Below are positions 20,991-29,883 of a stretch of DNA of 59,196 nucleotides, piece after piece; positions within the stretch are counted from its first letter, which is position 1; every line of letters starts with the position of its first letter. The position numbers and the translations under genes were made by a program. The notes beneath the pieces are model-generated. The model had not been told where the DNA came from. It saw nothing but the letters and a program-made list of their open reading frames with translations, and did no database searches. Source of the DNA: Chitinophagales bacterium (GTDB taxonomy: Bacteria; Bacteroidota; Bacteroidia; Chitinophagales; LD1); contig JANWXI010000004.1 in the NCBI GenBank assembly GCA_025057415.1, positions 1 through 59,196 on the forward strand, read 5' to 3'.

Positions 20991-23512
20991 TGAGCAGTTT
21001 GTTCCCGTAGTTTTTGCAAATATTGTTCCAATTCGGCTTCGGTCTTGAATTTTACCTCACGGGCTTTGGTGCCAATATTCTCGCCCACGATGCCCGCCTC
21101 TTGCAGTTGGTCCATGAGCCGTCCGGCGCGGTTATAGCCGAGTTTCAACCGGCGCTGAATCAGCGAGGTTGACCCCATCTGATTTTGCACAATAAGCCGT
21201 GCGGCTTCTTCAAACATCTCATCTCTTTCACCGTCTATAAAGAAATCATCATCCCCTTTCGCATTGGGGTCTATGTATTCGGGCAGTTCAAATGCGGCGG
21301 TATAACCTTGCTGGGCAGCAATGTAATCTCTTACGCGCTCCACCTCGGGGGTGTCCACAAAGCCGCACTGCAGGCGAATGATATCGCTGCCTATGCTGAG
21401 GAGCATGTCCCCTCTGCCGATGAGCTGTTCGGCACCACCCTGGTCTAATATAGTGCGTGAGTCAACTTTGGATGTGGTTTTAAACGCAATGCGCGCCGGG
21501 AAATTCGCTTTAATGGTGCCGGTGATAATGTTCACAGAGGGGCGTTGGGTTGCCAGTATCAGATGTATGCCAATGGCGCGCGCCAATTGTGCCAGGCGGG
21601 CTATAGGAGTTTCTACCTCTTTGCCGGCGGTCATAATAAGGTCGGCAAACTCGTCTATTACCAACACAATATATGGTAAATATTTATGGCCATTGCGCGG
21701 ATTGAGCTGGCGGTTGATGAATTTATGGTTGTATTCCTTGATGTTACGGCATGCGGCTTTTTTCAAAAGATTGTACCGGTCGTCCATTTCAAGGCACAAA
21801 GCATTGAGCGTTGTAACCACTTTTTTGGTATCGGTAATAATTGCATCCTCCTCGCCGGGCAGTTTGGCAAGGAAATGTTTCTCAAGCGCTTCATATAAGC
21901 TCAACTCTACCTTCTTAGGATCCACCAACACAAATTTCAATTGCGAGGGATGTTTTTTGTAGAGCAACGATACGAGGATAGAGTTAATACCCACCGATTT
22001 CCCCTGTCCGGTGGCTCCTGCCATCAGCAGGTGAGGCATCTTGGCAAGGTCGGCTACATAAATTTCATTGCTAATAGATTTACCCAGGCAAATCGGAAGG
22101 TCTGCCGTGGAGTTTTGAAATTTCTCCGAAGCGAGCAGCGAGCGCATACTCACCACTTCTTTGTGTGCGTTGGGCACTTCTATGCCTATAGTGCCTTTGC
22201 CGGGAATAGGAGCGATGATGCGAATACCAAGCGCAGCCAGACTCAACGCTATGTCATCCTCCAGATTTTTAATTCTCGAAATGCGCACCCCCGCAGCCGG
22301 TACAATTTCATATAGCGTAACGGTGGGCCCTATGGTAGCTTTGATTTTTGAAATTTCTATCTGATAGTTGTTGAGCGTGGTAACGATTTGCGTTTTGTTG
22401 CGCTCAAGCTCTTCGGGGTCAATTTTAACGCGGTCGCTGCCGTATTCTTCCAGTAAATCCAGTGTAGGGTACTCGTACTGCGAAAGTTCAAGCGTGGGGT
22501 CATACACAGTATCTACCGCGCCAGTATTGTGCGATAAAGTTTCCTGCTCTGCGGTTTCCTGTATCTCCAGTTTAACCTCTTCGGTTGTCATTACAGGTGT
22601 TTCCTGAGTTTGCGGGGCTGATATGATTACCGCTTCCGCATTTGAAGTTACTTCCAGTTCTACTGTGTCGGTACGCAAAGCAGCAGCAGGCGAGGTTTCA
22701 ATGTTATCTTTTGCAAAAATGTTCTCCGATTCATCGCGAAACTCGCGGATTTCGGTTTGCACCGCGTTTTCTGTCTGCGTGGCAGAAACTGTGGTCTCCC
22801 CGTTCGTGCCGGCGTGATTTTTTAGGTTTTTGCCCCAGCCGGTCAAAAACGAAAAACTGATGTTGTAAACCGCCACCGCGCCTATCAAGGCGCTTACCAC
22901 CAGCAGCGCCCCCACTCCGAGGGGTTTCACCAGTTTGGTCAGATATCCCCGCTCACCTGCCAGAAAATCTCCGAAAGCGCCACCCCAACTGATGATACTA
23001 TCGGGCAGGATGAGCATGTTCGCAAATGCCAGCGCTACGGAAAGCCAAACAATACCGAAAAAACAGTAAATAAATATTTTTAATATGTTGAAAACATTTT
23101 TCTGCACCAGCAGGTTAAAGCCCGCAGCAAAACTCATCCATACAAACAGGTAAGCTGCCAGCCCAAACATACCGTGTATCATGCCGTGGGCGAGTTTGGC
23201 GCCCAGCGTCCCGAAAGCATTCGCGGCGCCTTCTGCTCCGTTGAGGGATGTGTTGCTACCGGCCACCTCGCTCTGGTCAACAGCGGCATTAAACATGTAT
23301 GAGGTAAAAGCCACCGCCATCACAAAAGCCAGTAGCATCAATACCAGACCCGTAATTTTTGAAAGCCGCCCGTCATTCCAAAACTTTGGAGCGGTTGCGG
23401 CATCTTCTTTTGCCTTTTTTGATGCCGGTTTGCGCTCGCGCGGCGGTCTGGCAGGCGCATCCGGTGGCGATGAGGATACGCTTTTACTTTTCGCTGCGTT
23501 ATTCTCTTCCAT
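20987..23512 (-). CDS. ftsK: DNA translocase FtsK
   Basis: N-terminal TM helices, MPHLLMAGATGQGKS, IDEFADL, LATQRPS, gamma domain QRRLKLGYNRAGRLMDQL. Start set at MEENN. Confidence 0.97.
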   Translation of the reverse strand: MEENNAAKSKSVSSSPPDAPARPPRERKPASKKAKEDAATAPKFWNDGRLSKITGLVLMLLAFVMAVAFTSYMFNAAVDQSEVAGSNTSLNGAEGAANAFGTLGAKLAHGMIHGMFGLAAYLFVWMSFAAGFNLLVQKNVFNILKIFIYCFFGIVWLSVALAFANMLILPDSIISWGGAFGDFLAGERGYLTKLVKPLGVGALLVVSALIGAVAVYNISFSFLTGWGKNLKNHAGTNGETTVSATQTENAVQTEIREFRDESENIFAKDNIETSPAAALRTDTVELEVTSNAEAVIISAPQTQETPVMTTEEVKLEIQETAEQETLSHNTGAVDTVYDPTLELSQYEYPTLDLLEEYGSDRVKIDPEELERNKTQIVTTLNNYQIEISKIKATIGPTVTLYEIVPAAGVRISRIKNLEDDIALSLAALGIRIIAPIPGKGTIGIEVPNAHKEVVSMRSLLASEKFQNSTADLPICLGKSISNEIYVADLAKMPHLLMAGATGQGKSVGINSILVSLLYKKHPSQLKFVLVDPKKVELSLYEALEKHFLAKLPGEEDAIITDTKKVVTTLNALCLEMDDRYNLLKKAACRNIKEYNHKFINRQLNPRNGHKYLPYIVLVIDEFADLIMTAGKEVETPIARLAQLARAIGIHLILATQRPSVNIITGTIKANFPARIAFKTTSKVDSRTILDQGGAEQLIGRGDMLLSIGSDIIRLQCGFVDTPEVERVRDYIAAQQGYTAAFELPEYIDPNAKGDDDFFIDGERDEMFEEAARLIVQNQMGSTSLIQRRLKLGYNRAGRLMDQLQEAGIVGENIGTKAREVKFKTEAELEQYLQKLREQTAQ

Positions 23513-23631
23513 ATCGGTAAAGTCAGCTACTAAAATGTAAAGAAACATACGCCGGCGTTTATTCTATAACGAATTGTTATGAACAACTGATGTGCAGTTG
23601 TACAAAATATTGTCACTTTTACGCGCTCAAT

Positions 23632-24153
23632 ATGCAGGCGCCCACTCACATATTGGCAGGCAGTGTCATACAGGAATTATGCAAAACCCGTCGCTTTCCC
23701 CTCCTCACTTATTTCCTCACGGCAGTTTTCGGTTTCTTCTCACACGGCTTGTTAGACAAACTCGCCATCACCACTTACCATCCGCCCCGTGCCGATTTTT
23801 CTGACGCCTTCTGGATATCATACCACGTGGGCGTGCTGCTGGCAACCATCGTTGCCGTATATGTGTATGGCGCCCGTTACGGCTGGGGCATCATATTTGC
23901 AGTTCTCCCCGATGTGGACTGGATACTCATCCACGGGCAGCGGCTAACCGGCATCTCGCTGCCATTTTACCAAACACCACATATACATAATTTTTTAAAT
24001 GCGTTTTTTGATACAGTTGCCGCGCCCTTATCTGCGCTACCCGATTACCGCCATTACCCCTGGGCAGGCATTTTTGAAATAGCGCTCATCGCCCTGTTTA
24101 TCCTGCTCCTTCACCGCCTGCAGCGCCGCAGGCGAAACATACACTTCCGGTGA
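23632..24153 (+). CDS. Hypothetical membrane protein (His-containing TM helices)
   Basis: MQAPTHILAG, SHGLLD, LPDVDW; several hydrophobic segments, reminiscent of membrane metal-dependent hydrolases. Confidence 0.7.
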   Translation: MQAPTHILAGSVIQELCKTRRFPLLTYFLTAVFGFFSHGLLDKLAITTYHPPRADFSDAFWISYHVGVLLATIVAVYVYGARYGWGIIFAVLPDVDWILIHGQRLTGISLPFYQTPHIHNFLNAFFDTVAAPLSALPDYRHYPWAGIFEIALIALFILLLHRLQRRRRNIHFR

Positions 24154-24262
24154 TACCGCCCCGCCTGCAGGTCAGCATGTATGTCTTTACTGCATTCACC
24201 CGATGACGCACTGCAACTCTCCCTTCAAAATATATAATTTACTTATAATTTGTTTTTTATTT

Positions 24263-24414
24263 GGGGGTGCCCCCGCTGCCTGGCGATGCAAGGCAGCGGG
24301 GTCGGGCTTGCTACGGGGTGCGCTTCGCTCCCGCCACGCCCGTAGTATTATTGATATTTCAAAGGTACGGGCGTGGCCGCTTCGCTGCACTCGCGCCCTC
24401 CGCATCCCTCACCC
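24263..24414 (-). repeat. Structured dispersed repeat, copy 4 (variant)
   Basis: GGGGGTGCCCCCGCTGCC...CGCATCCCTCACCC; central stem CCACGCCCGTA/TACGGGCGTGG. Confidence 0.93.
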
Positions 24415-25249
24415 GAATGAAATAGCACACTTACCCCGTATATCGTGAGCCATGTTACTTCGGGCAGTGATGCCAACTTTTGTCACAATACTTCAGGTGG
24501 TATGTATTTTTGATATAGATTGCATGATGCTTCACTCCGTTTTAAATCATAACAGCCAGAGTTGATAAATTTTTTACCGGTAAGTTGTTTTTGGTGATAC
24601 CACTACGAAACATACCCATTAAAAAAATATAATATGTTTTAATAGCCGAAAAACTGATTTTTGCTTTGGGCGTATGGGTGCCTGCAAGTTTATTATCCAA
24701 AAACAATAGCACATACCCGGATATATAGATTAATGTTTGCTTTCTATGCACAACTGGTTGCCAAACCCGATAATGAACAGTGCATTTGCGAAATTGGTTA
24801 CAAGCTGTAAGCTGCATCAATATTAACCAACATTTAAGACCGCCGTTTATACAGTGGTCTTATTTTTATTTAGAGGTGGCAAAAAATGTTGTTGTAAACT
24901 CAGGTGTGTTGCTAAAATAGATAAAGCAAAAATCTCTGTTGTATTTACATACATTACATAAATATCATTTTTATGACCACAACATATTATTTTAAGTTTA
25001 GCGATGGTTGGTAGGTGCCTATTAAAATTTCTAAGTACCACATAAAACTCAACATACCGCCAGACACAATCCTCGACTGTACCATCAAATAAACGTGTAT
25101 GTCATTCCTGCTGGCAGATAATCACTTCAAAACACTCTACACAAAACTCCTCTGACTGCGACTATCTAATTTCTTCCTTATTTTAATACTCTATGACACG
25201 ACTTACCACAAGAACATTCAATTATTATTTTCGCCTGCTTTAAAACATA

Positions 25250-26788
25250 ATGAGCAGACGAGTACGTGTACGATTTGCCCCATCGCCAACCGGACCCCTC
25301 CACCCCGGCGGTATCCGCACAGCCCTTTACAATTATTTACTTGCCAAAAAGCACGGTGGCGATTTTATTTTGCGCATCGAAGATACCGACCAAACGCGCT
25401 TTGTGCCCGGAGCTGAGGAGTTTATCATTGAAGCGCTCAAATGGTGCGGCATAGAGCCAAATGAGGGAGTTGGTTTTGGCGATGGTCCCTATGCACCATA
25501 TCGCCAGAGCGAACGCAAACATTTGTACCGGCAGTTTGCCGATAAACTCATAGAGAGCGGCCACGCTTACTACGCTTTCGACACCGAAGAAGAGATAGAA
25601 AAAATGCGCCAGGATCTTGCTGCGCAAGGCGTGCAAAGCCCCTCTTACAACGCGGTAACCCGTCAGTACATGAAAAACTCCCTCACACTACCTGGCGAGG
25701 AAGTAGAAAGGCGCCTTGCTGAGGGCACCCCTTATGTGATACGATTTAAAATGCCGCGCAACGAAGAGGTTAAGTTTTATGACGAGATACGCGGTTGGGT
25801 GACTTTTAATACTTCTCAACTCACCGATGCCGTGCTGCTCAAAAGTGACGGCATGCCCACATATCACTTAGCCAACGTAAGCGATGATTACATGATGCAG
25901 ATTACTCACGTAATACGTGGTGAAGAGTGGTTGAGTTCTACCCCGCTGCACGTGTTGTTGTATCGTGCTCTCGGTCTTGAGGAGGTAATGCCGAAATTCG
26001 CTCACTTACCCCTGATACTAAAACCAGATGGAACCGGCAAACTCAGCAAGCGCGACGGTGACCGGCTGGGCTTTCCGTTCTATGCAATCAGATGGAAAAA
26101 CCCCGAAACGGGCGAGGTAACTGATGGCTACCGCGAAAAGGGCTTTTTGCCAGAGGCGTTTGTCAATTTTCTGGCGCTGCTCGGCTGGAGCCCGGGAGAA
26201 AACCGCCGCAAAATGAGCATGCAGGAAATGATACAACTGTTTTCCCTTGACAGGGTACACAAAGCCGGCGCCCGATATGATTACAACATGCTCCTATCGC
26301 TCAACCACGAATACCTGATGGCAACCGATGATAAAGTGTTGGCTGCCACCATTCGCCCGCAACTGGAGCAGCGCGGCATACCCTACCACGAAGAATATGT
26401 AACGGGTTTCTGCCGGCTTATGAAAGAGCGTGCTCATTTTGCCAGCGAATTACTCACCCTGGGCTACTATTTTTTTGAAGATGTAAAAACTTACGATACC
26501 GACACCCTCCGCAAAAAATACCGTTTAGAACAACAACCTCTTTTTGACGAACTCACTTTACTTTTGGAGAACACTGACGATTTCTCTGCGCCGGCATTGG
26601 AGAAAAAGTTGAAAGAATTCCTTGCTGCTCATCAACTCAAAACGGGTGATGTAATGCCAGTGTTAAGAATTGCACTGGCGGGGACCATGCAGGGTCCGGC
26701 TGTATTTGACATGATGGCTCTCATGGGTAAAGAAAAAACTGTACAACGCCTCAAAAACGCATGGGTAAAATTCCGGGAACTTGTCTAA
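25250..26788 (+). CDS. gltX: Glutamate--tRNA ligase
   Basis: RFAPSPTGPLHPGG, LRIEDTD, THVIRGEEW, KLSKR. Confidence 0.98.
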   Translation: MSRRVRVRFAPSPTGPLHPGGIRTALYNYLLAKKHGGDFILRIEDTDQTRFVPGAEEFIIEALKWCGIEPNEGVGFGDGPYAPYRQSERKHLYRQFADKLIESGHAYYAFDTEEEIEKMRQDLAAQGVQSPSYNAVTRQYMKNSLTLPGEEVERRLAEGTPYVIRFKMPRNEEVKFYDEIRGWVTFNTSQLTDAVLLKSDGMPTYHLANVSDDYMMQITHVIRGEEWLSSTPLHVLLYRALGLEEVMPKFAHLPLILKPDGTGKLSKRDGDRLGFPFYAIRWKNPETGEVTDGYREKGFLPEAFVNFLALLGWSPGENRRKMSMQEMIQLFSLDRVHKAGARYDYNMLLSLNHEYLMATDDKVLAATIRPQLEQRGIPYHEEYVTGFCRLMKERAHFASELLTLGYYFFEDVKTYDTDTLRKKYRLEQQPLFDELTLLLENTDDFSAPALEKKLKEFLAAHQLKTGDVMPVLRIALAGTMQGPAVFDMMALMGKEKTVQRLKNAWVKFRELV

Positions 26789-26898
26789 ATTGGCACAAAA
26801 ATTCCTGTGAAATTTTTTTCAAAAAAAATTTTGAAATCAAAAAAACAAACCTCTTAAATTAGCGAAAAAATATGGTTTGACCATTAAAACGCTACCCT

Positions 26899-27249
26899 AT
26901 GCCACGCAAAAAGAAAGTGGAAGAGGACGATGAGAAACTCCTCAACAAACGCAAGCAAAATTCCCGTCAGGATGAGGACGAGGACGATGAGCTGGATGAG
27001 GAACTGGAAGATGAGTATGAAAAGTCGCTTGCCGAAGATGATGAAGAGGAGATAGAACCCACGCCTGATGACATCTCTATGATGGAGGGCATGGAAGAGT
27101 TTTCGGACATCATTGACAAGCGAAGCGCCGGCAGAGGACGCAGGGCCTCATCAGATGACGACTACGATGATGATGACTTGGCTGGGTTTAATGATTACGG
27201 TGACGAAGAAGATGAATTTGGCCGCGATATCTTTGAGGATGATTACTAA
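26899..27249 (+). CDS. Hypothetical highly acidic, low-complexity protein
   Basis: 116 aa, basic N-terminus (MPRKKK) then D/E-rich; followed by a terminator. Confidence 0.75.
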   Translation: MPRKKKVEEDDEKLLNKRKQNSRQDEDEDDELDEELEDEYEKSLAEDDEEEIEPTPDDISMMEGMEEFSDIIDKRSAGRGRRASSDDDYDDDDLAGFNDYGDEEDEFGRDIFEDDY

Positions 27250-27269
27250 ACACTTTTTCACAATACGGC

Positions 27270-27299
27270 AGCGGTTGCTACCTTAGCAACCGCTTTTTT
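27270..27299 (+). terminator. Intrinsic terminator
   Basis: AGCGGTTGCTA-CCT-TAGCAACCGCT followed by a T-run. Confidence 0.8.
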
Positions 27300-27310
27300 A
27301 TTTTGTGTAC

Positions 27311-27721
27311 ATGCGCAATCGCCCCATACGGGTTCTGGTAGCCAAAGTGGGTTTAGACGGTCATGACCGGGGAGCCAAAATCATTGCTTCAACGCTCCGC
27401 GATGCGGGTATGGAGGTAATTTACACCGGGCTACGACAAACCCCTGAGATGGTGGTAAACACTGCCCTCCAGGAAGATGTGGATGTGATAGGCGTCAGCA
27501 TCCTAAGCGGCGCTCACATGACGGTGTTTCCGCGTATTCTTTCGCTCATGAAGGAGAAAGGGCTTCATGACGTACTGCTGACCGGCGGAGGCATCATTCC
27601 CGAAGAAGATCTCAAACAATTGCGCGCCATGGGTGTTGGCGAACTCTTTCTGCCCGGCACCCCCACAAGCGAAATTGCTCGTTATATCAAAGAGTGGGTT
27701 CAGAAACATCGCCCCTTTTGA
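27311..27721 (+). CDS. Cobalamin-binding domain protein (methylmalonyl-CoA mutase small/C-terminal subunit)
   Basis: [13 protein letters not shown] (DxHxxG), SILSGAH, GGGIIP. Confidence 0.93.
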   Translation: MRNRPIRVLVAKVGLDGHDRGAKIIASTLRDAGMEVIYTGLRQTPEMVVNTALQEDVDVIGVSILSGAHMTVFPRILSLMKEKGLHDVLLTGGGIIPEEDLKQLRAMGVGELFLPGTPTSEIARYIKEWVQKHRPF

Positions 27722-27775
27722 ATACCGGAATTGCTTTTCAGAACCAAAACCCGCAAAATTTTCTACGAGCGAAAA

Positions 27776-28474
27776 CTACACCCTGCGGATGATTTTTTGT
27801 ATGTATGGTGAGCTCCCGATTAAAAATATAATTATATTATTTAATATGTTTACAGGAAAGGGCAAAGGCCTTTTAAAATCTACAAACAGAACCACGCGCA
27901 GTTCTTCGGTGTCGTTTACGGCATAGTGCTCTGCCGTATCGTCAAATATTAAGCTTTTGCCCTCCTCCCATTGTCGCTTTTCATTGCCAATGCAGAGATA
28001 ACATTTCTCTGCTTCTCCGGGCACTATCAACCCCAGATGATAGCGAAGTACGCCCCCGTACGTGCCCCGGTGCGGTACAAGGCGTGTGTGTGGCTCAAGT
28101 ATCGAAAAGAAAGCCGTTACCATACCCGGAATGTGCCCAAGGGCTTGTTGTGTGTAGGGAAACGCATCAAGATTTTTATCAATTTTTTTGCCATACGCGT
28201 AAAAGAACAAACTTTTCCAACGATTTCCCTTTACAATACGTTCTTGTTCTTCTGACAAGTATTTCAGTTCGGGAATTGTTTCATAATCCAGCAGGGCTTT
28301 TGTTACTTCTTGTTGGATATACGGGTAAAGTAATTCTACATTTTTACACCACGTAAATTCGTCTGTGTTGTAAAAGGTTTTGCGTTTTGCGGCGGTGTAA
28401 ATGAGTTTCTCGGCAGTGTATATGATGAATTTGCCCAGTGCGGCTTGCAGGCGATAGGTAAGCGTGTAACTCAT
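27776..28474 (-). CDS. Aspartyl/asparaginyl beta-hydroxylase family 2OG-Fe(II) dioxygenase (LpxO-like)
   Basis: FFSILEP...PHRG..GGVLRYHLGLIVP, WEEGKSLIFDDTAEH, RVVLFVDF.RP. Confidence 0.88.
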   Translation of the reverse strand: MSYTLTYRLQAALGKFIIYTAEKLIYTAAKRKTFYNTDEFTWCKNVELLYPYIQQEVTKALLDYETIPELKYLSEEQERIVKGNRWKSLFFYAYGKKIDKNLDAFPYTQQALGHIPGMVTAFFSILEPHTRLVPHRGTYGGVLRYHLGLIVPGEAEKCYLCIGNEKRQWEEGKSLIFDDTAEHYAVNDTEELRVVLFVDFKRPLPFPVNILNNIIIFLIGSSPYIQKIIRRV

Positions 28475-29829
28475 GCTGATTGCTCGTTAAACTCGCCTTC
28501 CCAACGGGCAATTACCACAGTAGCGAGGCAGTTGCCAATTACGTTTACCGAGGTACGTGCCATATCCATCAGTTCGTCAATACCCAGAATTACATACACC
28601 GGCTCTACGGGAAGACCAAACGATGCCAGTGTGCCGAGTAGTATTACCAGCGATGCCCGCGGCACACCCGCCACTCCTTTGCTGGTGAGCATCAGGGTGA
28701 GCATAACCGCTAGCTGCGTGCTCCACGAAAGTTGAATACCCGATGCCTGTGCCACAAAAATGGTTGCCAGCGAAAGATACAGTGTTGTACCGTCCAGATT
28801 AAAGCTGTAGCCCATAGGCATAACAAAAGCTACTATCTTGCGGGGTACTCCTATTTGTTCCATGGCACGCATCGCCTTGGGGAGGGCGCTCTCAGACGAG
28901 GTAGTGGCAAAAGCAATACTCACCGGCTCTGCAATGGCATGTAAAAATTTTCTGAGCGGCACTTTAAACATTAATGCCACCGGCAGCAATACCACCAGCA
29001 GAAAAAACAACAGTGCGGCATACAAGGTCAGCAAGAGTTTCACGAGATTTACCATGATGCCCAAACCCATGTGACCTACGGTGTAGGCAATGGCGCATCC
29101 CACTGCCAGCGGCGCCAGATACATGACAAGCGAAGTAAATTTAAACATCACCTCGCTTAGCGACTCTACAAAAAGGATTACCGGCCTGCGGTGTTGTTCC
29201 GAAATCATAGCGGTGGCGATGCCAAATAGTATGCTGAACACTACTATTTCCAATACAGCGCCTTCATAAATGCTTTTAGCGATGTTTTCGGGAAAGATAT
29301 GCAGAATTACATCTGTGATGGTTTGCCGGGTGGCGGGCAATTTCTCATCGGCAGGGGTGGAGGGTAATTGTATTCCTGCGCCCGCCTTTGTGATGTTGAT
29401 AGCCAGCAACCCGATGATGAGCGCCAGGGTGGTTACAATTTCAAAGTACAGTAAACTTTTCCATCCCATCCGCCCCACCTGACGGATTTGGCTGTGGCCG
29501 GCAATGCCATAAACCAAGGTACCAAAAAGTAATGGAGCTATGATGCTCTTTATTAACCGCAGAAAAATTTGCGAAACAATTTTCAGTTTCTGAGAGAATT
29601 CAGGGAAATCAATACCAACCTCAATGCCTATGACCATGCTGACTAAGATCGTAGTAGTGAGGTTTTTCTTGTGCCAGGCATAAAAGATGAGCGCTGCCAC
29701 ACCCACAAGGCGCATGCCGGTGGTTACATAATCATGTAAAAGCGAGCTGCTGCTCCACAGCAGCCCGACACCAAGGGCTATGAAGAAAAGTACAATGCCC
29801 GAAACAAGCGCTATGCGTGTGGTGAGCAC
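28471..29829 (-). CDS. Dicarboxylate/amino acid:cation symporter (GltP-like)
   Basis: FLRLIKSII, AFATTSSESALP, GYSFNLDGT, TSKGVAGVPRA, MDMARTSVNVIGN. Confidence 0.95.
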   Translation of the reverse strand: MLTTRIALVSGIVLFFIALGVGLLWSSSSLLHDYVTTGMRLVGVAALIFYAWHKKNLTTTILVSMVIGIEVGIDFPEFSQKLKIVSQIFLRLIKSIIAPLLFGTLVYGIAGHSQIRQVGRMGWKSLLYFEIVTTLALIIGLLAINITKAGAGIQLPSTPADEKLPATRQTITDVILHIFPENIAKSIYEGAVLEIVVFSILFGIATAMISEQHRRPVILFVESLSEVMFKFTSLVMYLAPLAVGCAIAYTVGHMGLGIMVNLVKLLLTLYAALLFFLLVVLLPVALMFKVPLRKFLHAIAEPVSIAFATTSSESALPKAMRAMEQIGVPRKIVAFVMPMGYSFNLDGTTLYLSLATIFVAQASGIQLSWSTQLAVMLTLMLTSKGVAGVPRASLVILLGTLASFGLPVEPVYVILGIDELMDMARTSVNVIGNCLATVVIARWEGEFNEQSA

Positions 29830-29883
29830 GGGCGCAAATTAGCAAAGCCCGCGAAGTGAAGAGGGATAGGAGGAGAAATTTTA

